Assembly (NCBI GenBank): GCA_036265535.1
Contig: DATAOV010000001.1
Coordinates: forward strand, 40,582-104,581
Reading direction: 5' to 3'
Length of the DNA: 64,000 nucleotides
DNA from: Gaiellaceae bacterium
GTDB lineage: Bacteria > Actinomycetota > Thermoleophilia > Gaiellales > Gaiellaceae
In this document: one piece after another, positions 56,911 through 64,000 of the stretch
Layout: each line of letters opens with the position of its first letter
Position numbering within the stretch: position 1 is the stretch's first letter
The notes under the pieces: generated by a model
Seen by the model: the letters and a program-made list of their open reading frames with translations, nothing else
Told to the model about the DNA's origin: nothing
Database searches by the model: none
Program-made: the position numbers and the translations under genes

Positions 56911-58205
56911 GCCTCCGCGAGGACGGCGCACAGGCGCTGGACTGGGTTGCGGCGTACCTCGAGCGTGTGCGGGACCTTCCGGTGCTGGCGCAGGTCGAGC
57001 CCGGAGCGGTGCGCGCAGCGCTTCCCGGCTCGCCGCCCGAGGGGCCGGAAGAGTTCGGCGCCGTGCTGCGCGATCTCGAGCAGACGCTGCTGCCGGGGAT
57101 GACCCACTGGCAGAGCCCGCGGTTCTTCGCCTACTTCGCCACCACGGGCTCGGAGCCGGCGGTGCTCGCGGAGCTGCTGGCGGGCGGCCTCAACCAGGTC
57201 GGCATCCTGTGGCGCGCCTCGCCCGCTCTCCAGGAGCTCGAGGAGGTGACCGTGGGCTGGCTGGCCGAGCTACTGGGAGTGCCGCCGGGCTGGCACGGCC
57301 AGCTCGAGCAGGGCGCCTCGCTCGCGACGCTCGGCGCGCTCGCCGCGGCACGGGAGGCACGGCCGGGCGATCCGGTCGTGCTCGCTTCCGAGCAGGCTCA
57401 TTCGTCGGTCGAGCGGGCCTGTCGACTGCTCGGGCTCGAGCTGCGCAAGGTGCCGGTGGATGCCGAGTTCCGGCTGCGCCCGGAGGCGCTCGACCTCGAC
57501 GGGGCCTGCGCGGTCGTCGCGACCGTCGGGACGACCTCGACCACGTCGGTCGATCCGGTGGCGCCGCTCGCCGAGGCGTGTGCCAAGGCGGGCGCCTGGC
57601 TGCACGTGGACGCCGCCTATGCCGGGTGCGCGATGGTCTGCCCCGAGCTTCGGTGGGCGTTCGAGGGGATCGAGGGCGCGGACTCGCTCGTCGTCAACCC
57701 GCACAAGTGGCTGCTGATGACGCAAGGCTGCTCCGCGCTCTGGACGCGCCGCCCGGACGATCTTCGGGCAGCGTTCAGCCTCGTTCCCGAGTACCTCCGC
57801 ACGAGCGACGAGGTGGTGAGCCTCAGCGAGTACGGCGTCGAGCTCGGCCGCGGCTTCCGTGCGCTGAGGCTCTGGACCGTCCTGCGCTGCCACGGTCGCC
57901 GGGGCCTGCAGGAGGTCATCCGCAACGGGATCGAGCTGGCAGAACGCTTCGAGAGCTGGGTGCGGGACGAGCCCGGCTGGGAGCTGTGCGCACCGCGGCC
58001 GTTCTCCGTCGTCTGCTTTCGGCGCGAGGGCGGCGACGGGGAGAACGAGGCGCTCCTGGAGCGTGTCAACGCGAGCGGTGAGGTCTTCCTCTCCGGCACG
58101 CGCCTGAACGGCCGCTTCGTCCTCCGCCTGGCCGTCGGCAACGCGCGAACGACCGAGGAGGACGTGCGCTTGGCCTGGGACGTCCTGCGCCGGGAGGCTT
58201 CGTGA
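56907..58205 (+). CDS. PLP-dependent group II decarboxylase (aromatic-L-amino-acid decarboxylase family)
   Basis: HWQSPRFFAYF, and the PLP-lysine motif VVNPHKWL. GTGA overlap with polX. Confidence 0.88.
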   Translation: MSLREDGAQALDWVAAYLERVRDLPVLAQVEPGAVRAALPGSPPEGPEEFGAVLRDLEQTLLPGMTHWQSPRFFAYFATTGSEPAVLAELLAGGLNQVGILWRASPALQELEEVTVGWLAELLGVPPGWHGQLEQGASLATLGALAAAREARPGDPVVLASEQAHSSVERACRLLGLELRKVPVDAEFRLRPEALDLDGACAVVATVGTTSTTSVDPVAPLAEACAKAGAWLHVDAAYAGCAMVCPELRWAFEGIEGADSLVVNPHKWLLMTQGCSALWTRRPDDLRAAFSLVPEYLRTSDEVVSLSEYGVELGRGFRALRLWTVLRCHGRRGLQEVIRNGIELAERFESWVRDEPGWELCAPRPFSVVCFRREGGDGENEALLERVNASGEVFLSGTRLNGRFVLRLAVGNARTTEEDVRLAWDVLRREAS

Positions 58206-58681
58206 CGGCCGAGATCGAGCGGAAGTTCCTCGTCGAGCACCTCCCGCCGGAGCTCGAGATCGACTCCGAGGACGAGATCGCGCAGGGCTACCTGGCGACC
58301 GGTGAGGATCAGGTTCGTCTTCGCCGGAGGGCCGACCGCTTCCTGATCACCGCCAAGCGCGGCCACGGGTTGATCCGGGACGAGGTGGAGGTGCCGCTGG
58401 GACGGGAGTCATTCGAGGAGCTCTGGCCGGTCACCGAGGGCCGGCGGCTCGAAAAGACGCGGCTCACCACCACCGTCGACGGCCACACGGCCGAGATTGA
58501 CGTCTACAAGGGAGCGCTCGCCGGGCTGATGACGGTCGAGGTCGAGTTCGAGGACGTCGATGCCGCGGAGGCGTTCTCGGCGCCGGCCTGGTTTTCGCGG
58601 GAGCTCACCGACGACGAGCGCTACTCGAACACACGGCTCGCGACGGCGGGTTTGCCGCCCGGGGAGCCGGGAGAGGCGTAG
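58202..58681 (+). CDS. CYTH / triphosphate tunnel metalloenzyme domain protein
   Basis: N-terminal EIERKFLV (ExExK), alternating-charge beta strands, and EVEFE near the C-terminus. GTGA overlap with the decarboxylase gene. Confidence 0.85.
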   Translation: MTAEIERKFLVEHLPPELEIDSEDEIAQGYLATGEDQVRLRRRADRFLITAKRGHGLIRDEVEVPLGRESFEELWPVTEGRRLEKTRLTTTVDGHTAEIDVYKGALAGLMTVEVEFEDVDAAEAFSAPAWFSRELTDDERYSNTRLATAGLPPGEPGEA

Positions 58682-58690
58682 GATCGACGC

Positions 58691-59476
58691 ATGACCACCG
58701 CAACCCGACCCAAGCCGCTCATCGACGACGAGCTCGAGCAGATGTTCGGGCTGATCAAAGACGCCGACAGCGTCGAGCTAAAACTGACGGTGCCGGAGGC
58801 CGATCACCGCTCGACGGTCTCCGCGCTCGGCATGGACCCGCTCGACGCGGAGATCCGCCAGGTGTTCTTCTTCGATACGCCCGACCTGCTGCTCGACAAG
58901 CACGGCGTCGTCGCGCGGGCCCGCCGGGTCCAACGCAAGGGCGACGACTCGGTCGTCAAGCTGCGCCCCGTCGTTCCGAGCGAGCTGCCCGACAAGCTCC
59001 GCGCCTCGCCCAACCTCGTCGTCGAGGTCGACGCGATGCCCGGTGGGTACGTCTGCTCGGCCTCGCTCAAGGCCGCGCTGGGACCCACCGCGGTCCGCAA
59101 GACCCTCGAGAAGGGCCGGCCTCTGCGCAAGCTTTTCACCAAGGAGCAGCGGGCGTTCTTCATCGAGCACGCTCCCGAGGGCATCGAGCTCGACGACCTG
59201 GCCGTACTGGGCCCGATCTTCGTGCTCAAGCTGAAGTTCAAGCCGGCGGACTACGCAGGCAGGATCGTCGCCGAGCTCTGGAACTACCCCGACAACTCGC
59301 GCATCCTCGAGCTCTCGACCAAATGCGCGCCGGGGGATGCATTCCAGACCTCGCTGGACAGCCGGGCGTTCCTACGGAACCGTGGAGTCGAGCTCTCGGG
59401 CGAGCAGCAGACCAAGACCAAGACGGCGCTCAAGTACTTCTCCAAGAACCTCCCGCCTGCCGCTTCGCCCGCCTAG
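58691..59476 (+). CDS. Second, longer CYTH-like protein (tentative)
   Basis: SVELKLTV, VVKLRPV, VVEVD, ILELSTKC read as alternating beta-strand acidic/basic pattern reminiscent of a TTM tunnel. The assignment is by eye only. Confidence 0.5.
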   Translation: MTTATRPKPLIDDELEQMFGLIKDADSVELKLTVPEADHRSTVSALGMDPLDAEIRQVFFFDTPDLLLDKHGVVARARRVQRKGDDSVVKLRPVVPSELPDKLRASPNLVVEVDAMPGGYVCSASLKAALGPTAVRKTLEKGRPLRKLFTKEQRAFFIEHAPEGIELDDLAVLGPIFVLKLKFKPADYAGRIVAELWNYPDNSRILELSTKCAPGDAFQTSLDSRAFLRNRGVELSGEQQTKTKTALKYFSKNLPPAASPA

Positions 59477-60054
59477 CGAAGCGCGGCGAGCGCGGCGTCG
59501 TGAAGCGCGACGCGGTAGCGCCACAGCGCCTGCCCCGTCCCGAGCAGCGCCGTGCGGATCGGGCCCGCAAGCTCGTCGGCCGTGCCCCAGCGGGCCTCTT
59601 CGATCTCGTGCCGGTCGAGGGGATCGAGCTCTGCTGCCTCCGTGCGGGCCGAGAAGACGAGGGTGCGCCAGTCGATCGTCTCGTTCCCGTGTCGAAAGCG
59701 CGCCTCGGTCGCGACCAGGAACCGTTCGAGCTCGATCTCGACGCCGAGCTCCTCGAGGGCCTCACGGCTGACGCCGTCCTCGAACTGCTCGTCCGGGCGG
59801 GTCCCTCCCCCGGGCGGGCGCCAGAGTCCCGCGATGTAGTGCGGCTTGCGGATCAGCGCGAGGCGGGGGCCGTGGAAGACGAAGAAGGTGACGTCGTGGC
59901 GGCGCTCGGGTGACCCGCCGGCCAGCGCGAACTCCTCCGCGGTGACCTCGCCCTCCCAGGGCAGCGTGCGCGGCGCGCCGTAGCGCGCCCGAAGCGGGGC
60001 TAGCACGGCCTCGGTGACGTGCATCCAGCCGATGGTACGGTCAGCGCGTGCCAC
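59473..60054 (-). CDS. NUDIX hydrolase
   Basis: Nudix box GGGTRPDEQFEDGVSREALEELGVE. The start is GTG 60054 or ATG 60024. Confidence 0.85.
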   Translation of the reverse strand: MARADRTIGWMHVTEAVLAPLRARYGAPRTLPWEGEVTAEEFALAGGSPERRHDVTFFVFHGPRLALIRKPHYIAGLWRPPGGGTRPDEQFEDGVSREALEELGVEIELERFLVATEARFRHGNETIDWRTLVFSARTEAAELDPLDRHEIEEARWGTADELAGPIRTALLGTGQALWRYRVALHDAALAALR

Positions 60055-61130
60055 GAGTCCGCCGGCTCCGACGCGAGGCGCCCGCGCTCGAGCTTCTCGC
60101 CGCGACCCTGCCGGAGCTGCGGCTCGGTCTCTCCGAGCCGGCCGCGCGCACCGTCGCGTACGAGGTCTTCGAGAAGCTCGGCTTCGGTGCGGTCGCCGTC
60201 ACCGATACCGCCCGCGTGCTCGCTTTCACCGGCGCGGGCGCCGACCACCACGGGGCCGGGGACGAGCCGATCCGGCCGGTGTTCGAGGCCCTGGCGGCGC
60301 AGGAGACGCTGGTCGCTCCGCTTGCCCTGCGGGTCGCCTGCGGCCACCCCGAGTGCCCCCTCGGCGCGGCGGCGGTCGTCCCGCTTCGGTTGTCGGACGG
60401 CCCCGTCGGAGCGCTGGTGGTCTACGCCACCGACGGTGCACCGCTCGACGAGGACGACGTCGACCTGCTCACAAACCTCGGGGCGCAGCTCTCGGCCCAG
60501 CTGCAGCTCTCCGAGCTGGCCGGCTCGGCCCGCGCGGTCGCCTCGGCCGAGCTTCAGGCGCTGCAGGCGCAGATCGAGCCGCACTTCCTCTTCAACTGCC
60601 TGAACACGATCGCGAGCTTCACCCGCACCGAGCCGGAGCGGGCGCGCGAGCTGATCCTCGCCTTCGCCGACTACTGCCGCTGGACGCTCGCCCGCCCCGG
60701 CGAGTTCATCTCCCTCGAAGAGGAGCTCCGCCACGTGCGCAGCTACCTCGCGCTCGAGCAGGCGCGCTTCGGCCCGCAGCTCCAGGTGCGGATCGACGCG
60801 ACCCCGGATGCGCTCGCGGTGCGCCTGCCGCCGTTCCTCGTCCAGCCGCTGGTGGAGAACGCGGTCAAGCACGGCAAGACGGAACGGCCGCTCGACCTCC
60901 TCGTCCGCGCCCGCGTGCGGCGAGGCCGCCTGCGCGTGACCGTCCGTGACAACGGCCGCGGGATCGCCCGAGAGGCGCTCGAGCGCGTGCTCGAGCCGGG
61001 CACGAGCGAGAGCGATGGCCTCGGCCTCGCCAACGTCCACGGCCGCCTGACCGCGTTCTACGGCGAAGGCGTGCGGCTGAAGTCCGGGGTCTTCGGCACC
61101 GTCGTGCGGCTGCAGGTCCCGGCTGCGTGA
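60048..61130 (+). CDS. LytS/YehU-family sensor histidine kinase lacking the membrane (5TM-Lyt) module; GAF-like N-terminal domain
   Basis: His_kinase motif LQAQIEPHFLFNCLNTI, and the HATPase region VENAVKHG...DNGRGI...GLGL. No hydrophobic segments in the first 170 aa. Confidence 0.85.
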   Translation: MPRVRRLRREAPALELLAATLPELRLGLSEPAARTVAYEVFEKLGFGAVAVTDTARVLAFTGAGADHHGAGDEPIRPVFEALAAQETLVAPLALRVACGHPECPLGAAAVVPLRLSDGPVGALVVYATDGAPLDEDDVDLLTNLGAQLSAQLQLSELAGSARAVASAELQALQAQIEPHFLFNCLNTIASFTRTEPERARELILAFADYCRWTLARPGEFISLEEELRHVRSYLALEQARFGPQLQVRIDATPDALAVRLPPFLVQPLVENAVKHGKTERPLDLLVRARVRRGRLRVTVRDNGRGIAREALERVLEPGTSESDGLGLANVHGRLTAFYGEGVRLKSGVFGTVVRLQVPAA

Positions 61131-61834
61131 TCCGCGCGCTGCTCGTCGACGACGAGGCGCCCGCGCGCTCGGAGCTCCGCTACCTGCTGGCGACGCATCC
61201 GGAGGTCGAGATCGTCGGCGAGGCGGCGAGCGCGGCCGAGGCGTTGAAGCTCGCGGCCGCGGTCCCGTACGACGTGGTCTTCATCGACATCGAGATGCCC
61301 GGGCTCTCCGGGCTCGACGCCGCCCGTCTCGTGCACGGGCGGACGGGGGCGCCGCAGCTCGTGTTCGTGACCGCGCACGAGCAGTACGCGATCGAGGCGT
61401 TCGCGGTCGAGGCGCTCGACTACCTGCTCAAGCCGGTCGACCCAGAGCGGCTCGCCCAGGTCGTACGGCGGCTGGGCCGTCAGCCCGGGGCTGCCGCTAC
61501 GGTCGCGAAGATCCCGGTCATGAGCGGTGGCGAGACCGTCCTGCTCGCCTGGGAAGAACTGCATTTTGCGCGCGCGGACGGCGACTACTGCCGCGTGCAC
61601 ACGTACGACCGCTCGTACCTGTGCACGAAGTCGCTGCGCGAGCTCCAGCAGACGCTCCCCGGCGACCGGTTCGCCCGCATCCACCGCTCGTACCTGGTGA
61701 ACCTCGGCAAGGTCGCCGCGGTCAGGCGGCCGGCTTCCGACCGGCTTCGGCTGACGCTCGACGACGCGGAGCGCACCGAGCTCGACGTCGCTCGGCGGCA
61801 GAGCAAGGCCGTGCGCGAGCGGCTGCGCGTCTAG
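61127..61834 (+). CDS. LytR/AlgR-family response regulator (REC + LytTR)
   Basis: LLVDDE, FIDIEMPG, and LytTR FARIHRSYLVNL. GTGA overlap with the kinase gene. Confidence 0.92.
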   Translation: MIRALLVDDEAPARSELRYLLATHPEVEIVGEAASAAEALKLAAAVPYDVVFIDIEMPGLSGLDAARLVHGRTGAPQLVFVTAHEQYAIEAFAVEALDYLLKPVDPERLAQVVRRLGRQPGAAATVAKIPVMSGGETVLLAWEELHFARADGDYCRVHTYDRSYLCTKSLRELQQTLPGDRFARIHRSYLVNLGKVAAVRRPASDRLRLTLDDAERTELDVARRQSKAVRERLRV

Positions 61835-62640
61835 TGCCAGCCGAGGCCCTGGCGCTCGCCTTGGCGGCGGCGGCCCTGCACGCGCTCTGGAACCTGTTCC
61901 TCGCTCGGGAAAAGGACATCGAGGGCGCAACGGCTGTAGCTGTGCTCACGCTCGTGGTCGCGCTGGTGATCCCGGCGGCGCTGACCTGGCGCGTGGAGGC
62001 CGCCGCGGTTCCGTTCATCGCAGGCTCGGCGGCGCTCGAGCTCGCGTATTTCGCCCTCCTGGCTGCGGCCTACCGGCGTTACGAGCTGAGTCTCGTCTAT
62101 CCGGTCGCCCGTGGGCTCGCGCCGGTGCTGGCGCTCCTGCTTGTGGTGGCCGTGGACGGAGCGCTCCCGTCAGCGGGCGGGATCGCTGGGGTGCTCGTCG
62201 TCGCGGTGGGAGTGCTGCTCGTGCGCGGCGCGCGAGGCAGCGTCTTCGGCCTTGCGGTCGGGGCCGTGATCGCCGCCACCATTGCCGGCTACACCGTGCT
62301 CGACCGCTACGGCGTGAGGCACGCTGCGGCCGGGCCGTACCTCCTGCTCGTAATGGTCGGCCCGGCGCTCGCCTACTCGGCCGCGCTCGGCGGGCGACGC
62401 GTCCGCGCCGCGCTGGCGCCGGCAACGGTGCTGGTTGGAGCAGCGGCGGGCGGCGCCTACTTGCTCGTGCTGCTGGCGCTTCGCCTGGCGAGCGCGCCGG
62501 CTGTCGCCGCAGTGCGCGAGACCAGCGTGGTGATCGCGACGGCGCTCGCGGCGGTCGTGCTGCGGGAGCGCGTGGGGCCGACACGTTTGGCAGGGGCGAT
62601 CCTGGTCGCCGTCGGCATCGCGCTGCTGGCGCTCTCCTAG
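61834..62640 (+). CDS. DMT-superfamily (EamA-like) transporter
   Basis: About 8-9 TM helices with EamA-like LSLVYPVARGLAPV. GTG 61834 shares 1 nt with the regulator stop (TAGTG). Confidence 0.75.
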   Translation: MPAEALALALAAAALHALWNLFLAREKDIEGATAVAVLTLVVALVIPAALTWRVEAAAVPFIAGSAALELAYFALLAAAYRRYELSLVYPVARGLAPVLALLLVVAVDGALPSAGGIAGVLVVAVGVLLVRGARGSVFGLAVGAVIAATIAGYTVLDRYGVRHAAAGPYLLLVMVGPALAYSAALGGRRVRAALAPATVLVGAAAGGAYLLVLLALRLASAPAVAAVRETSVVIATALAAVVLRERVGPTRLAGAILVAVGIALLALS

Positions 62641-63344
62641 AGCAGCCGAAGCAGCCCGAGCAGCTCTGCAGGCGAGCCGACCACGACGTCGGCAGCTTCA
62701 CGCAGGCCGGGCGGAGCCTCGGCCGAGGCGACCGCGACCCGGACCGCGACCTCCAGGCCGTCGAGACCGGCGAAGGCGTCCAGGTCGGTCGTGTCGTCGC
62801 CGGCGTAGAGCGCCCGCCGCAGGCCGCGCTGTCCCAGCAGCGCTCGCACAGCGGTGCCCTTGTCGGCCTCGACGGGCGGCCTCAGCTCGAGCACCTTGCG
62901 GCCCCAGCGAGCCTCGAGCCCGGCCGCCTCGGCCCGTTCGGCGACAGCCTCCAGCTCGGTCCGGGCCGCCTGGTCGTTCTCGGCCTCCCGCCAGTGGAGC
63001 GCCACGGTCAGCCCCTTGTCCTCGAGCCACGGCCAGTCGAGGGCGGCGAACGGGCGCAGGGCCTCGCGCCACCGCTCAGCCTCCGGCGCCAGCTCGAGAC
63101 CGTGGACGCCGACGTACGTGACCCCGTCGACCCCAACCAGCCGCGCCGCCTCCTCGCCGGGCCGGCCGCTGACGCAGGCGACGAGCTCGTAGCGTCCGGC
63201 GAGCCGCCGTAGCTCCGCTCGGGTTTCGGCCGGGACCTTCGCCAGCTCGGGCCGCGAGACGATCGGCGCCAGCGTGCCGTCGACGTCGAGCAGCACCGCG
63301 GCCCGGGCGGGATCGTCGGTCAGCCGCGCAAGCGCATCCTCCAC
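62637..63344 (-). CDS. otsB: Trehalose-6-phosphate phosphatase
   Basis: HAD motif I LLDVDGTLAP, SGR, KG, and YAGDDTTDLDAF. Start set to GTG 63344. Confidence 0.85.
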   Translation of the reverse strand: MEDALARLTDDPARAAVLLDVDGTLAPIVSRPELAKVPAETRAELRRLAGRYELVACVSGRPGEEAARLVGVDGVTYVGVHGLELAPEAERWREALRPFAALDWPWLEDKGLTVALHWREAENDQAARTELEAVAERAEAAGLEARWGRKVLELRPPVEADKGTAVRALLGQRGLRRALYAGDDTTDLDAFAGLDGLEVAVRVAVASAEAPPGLREAADVVVGSPAELLGLLRLL

Positions 63345-63362
63345 AGCCCGCAGAATACGGCG

Positions 63363-63704
63363 GTGCGGCTCCTCGCCATCGGCCTGATCGCCGGCTTCTT
63401 CAGCGCTCTCTTCGGCGTCGGGGGCGGGATCGTCGTGGTTCCGCTCCTGCTCCTCTTCGCGCATTACTCCGAGCGGCCGGCGATGGCGACCTCCCTGGCA
63501 GCGATCGCGCTGATCGCATCCGTCGGCGCAGTCACCTACGCGCTGCACGGCGAGGTCAAGCCGGGCGCGGCCGCGATCGTCGGCCTGCCCGGCGCCCTTG
63601 GCGCAGTGGCGGGCGCGTCGCTGCAGCAGCGACTCGCGAACCGGACGCTCTCGCTTGCCTTCGCGGCGCTGCTTGCCGGCCTCGGCGTCTGGCTCCTCGT
63701 CTGA
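63363..63704 (+). CDS. Half-size TSUP (TauE/SafE, DUF81) membrane protein, first of a pair
   Basis: 113 aa, 4 predicted TM, and LFGVGGGIVVVPLL motif. Confidence 0.75.
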   Translation: MRLLAIGLIAGFFSALFGVGGGIVVVPLLLLFAHYSERPAMATSLAAIALIASVGAVTYALHGEVKPGAAAIVGLPGALGAVAGASLQQRLANRTLSLAFAALLAGLGVWLLV

Positions 63705-64000
63705 TGTGGGCGCTGTTCGCAGCGGTGGCGCTCGGCCTGGTTGCGGGGATGCTCGCCGGGCTCTTCGGCGTCGGCGGCGGGATCCTGTTCGTCCCCGCGC
63801 TCGTGGCGCTCGGGCTCGGGCAGCTCGAGGCACAGGGAACCTCGCTGCTCGCGATCCTCCCCACGGTTGTCGCAGGAACGCTCACTCAGCGCCACTACGG
63901 GAACCTGCGCGTGCGTTCCGCGCTCGTGGTCGGGCTCGCGTCCGTCATCGGGGTCGAGGTAGGCGCTCGCGTCGTGACGCATGTGCCGGAGCACCAGCTC
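63704..64000 (+). CDS. Half-size TSUP (TauE/SafE) membrane protein, second of a pair; 3' end outside the window
   Basis: Not in the ORF track because there is no stop in the window. ATG 63704 overlaps the preceding TGA (TGATG). Hand translation: MWALFAAVALGLVAGMLAGLFGVGGGILFVPALVALG... Confidence 0.7.
   Translation, partial: MWALFAAVALGLVAGMLAGLFGVGGGILFVPALVALGLGQLEAQGTSLLAILPTVVAGTLTQRHYGNLRVRSALVVGLASVIGVEVGARVVTHVPEHQL

Overview
High-G+C bacterial chromosome segment covering the replication-origin neighbourhood. The minus strand carries parB-parA-rsmG-jag-yidC-yidD-rnpA-rpmH and the plus strand carries dnaA-dnaN-recF-DUF721-gyrB-gyrA. With Ku/LigD, an ECF42-type sigma plus YciI, OtsB and polyprenol-P-mannose synthase, this fits an actinobacterial-type genome, but the species cannot be named from the sequence alone.

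Most of the rest is tightly packed housekeeping, often with 1-4 nt stop/start overlaps:
- NfeD-SPFH-GalT-like operon, a secreted PGRP-type amidase, and a short BirA.
- An ECF sigma coupled to fabZ-fabH-fabD-fabG-fabF, with no acpP in the cluster.
- A HAD-GNAT-arginase-fold trio, accD-accA and rsgA.
- An ABC-2 exporter and a decayed NDH-2 fragment.
- A TPP riboswitch followed by thiD-thiM-thiE-thiL, an orphan DppB-like permease and trxA.
- A polX/PLP-decarboxylase/CYTH/CYTH-like operon with a convergent NUDIX gene.
- A soluble LytS-type kinase with a LytTR regulator and a DMT transporter, otsB, and a split TSUP/TauE pair.

The clearest accessory stretch is about 42.4-47.7 kb. It holds a two-domain secreted metallophosphoesterase and a 417-nt apparently non-coding gap. 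It also holds a protein with a perfect MshEN-type c-di-GMP-binding motif fused to a coiled coil, and a membrane-anchored Gln-rich coiled-coil partner. Divergent from these is a lower-G+C processive GT2 synthase preceded by a 38-codon hydrophobic ORF. An MrfA/SftH-type DUF1998 helicase plus a small PASTA protein borders the stretch on the right (47.4-50.0 kb).

A recurrent oddity is that five conserved genes have no ATG/GTG/TTG where their N-terminus must lie; only CTG, ATC or ATA are available.

All calls rest on reading motifs in the supplied ORF track and re-reading junctions by hand. No database search was run. Start codons are inferences. Many long track ORFs are antisense or out-of-frame shadows typical of high-G+C DNA.
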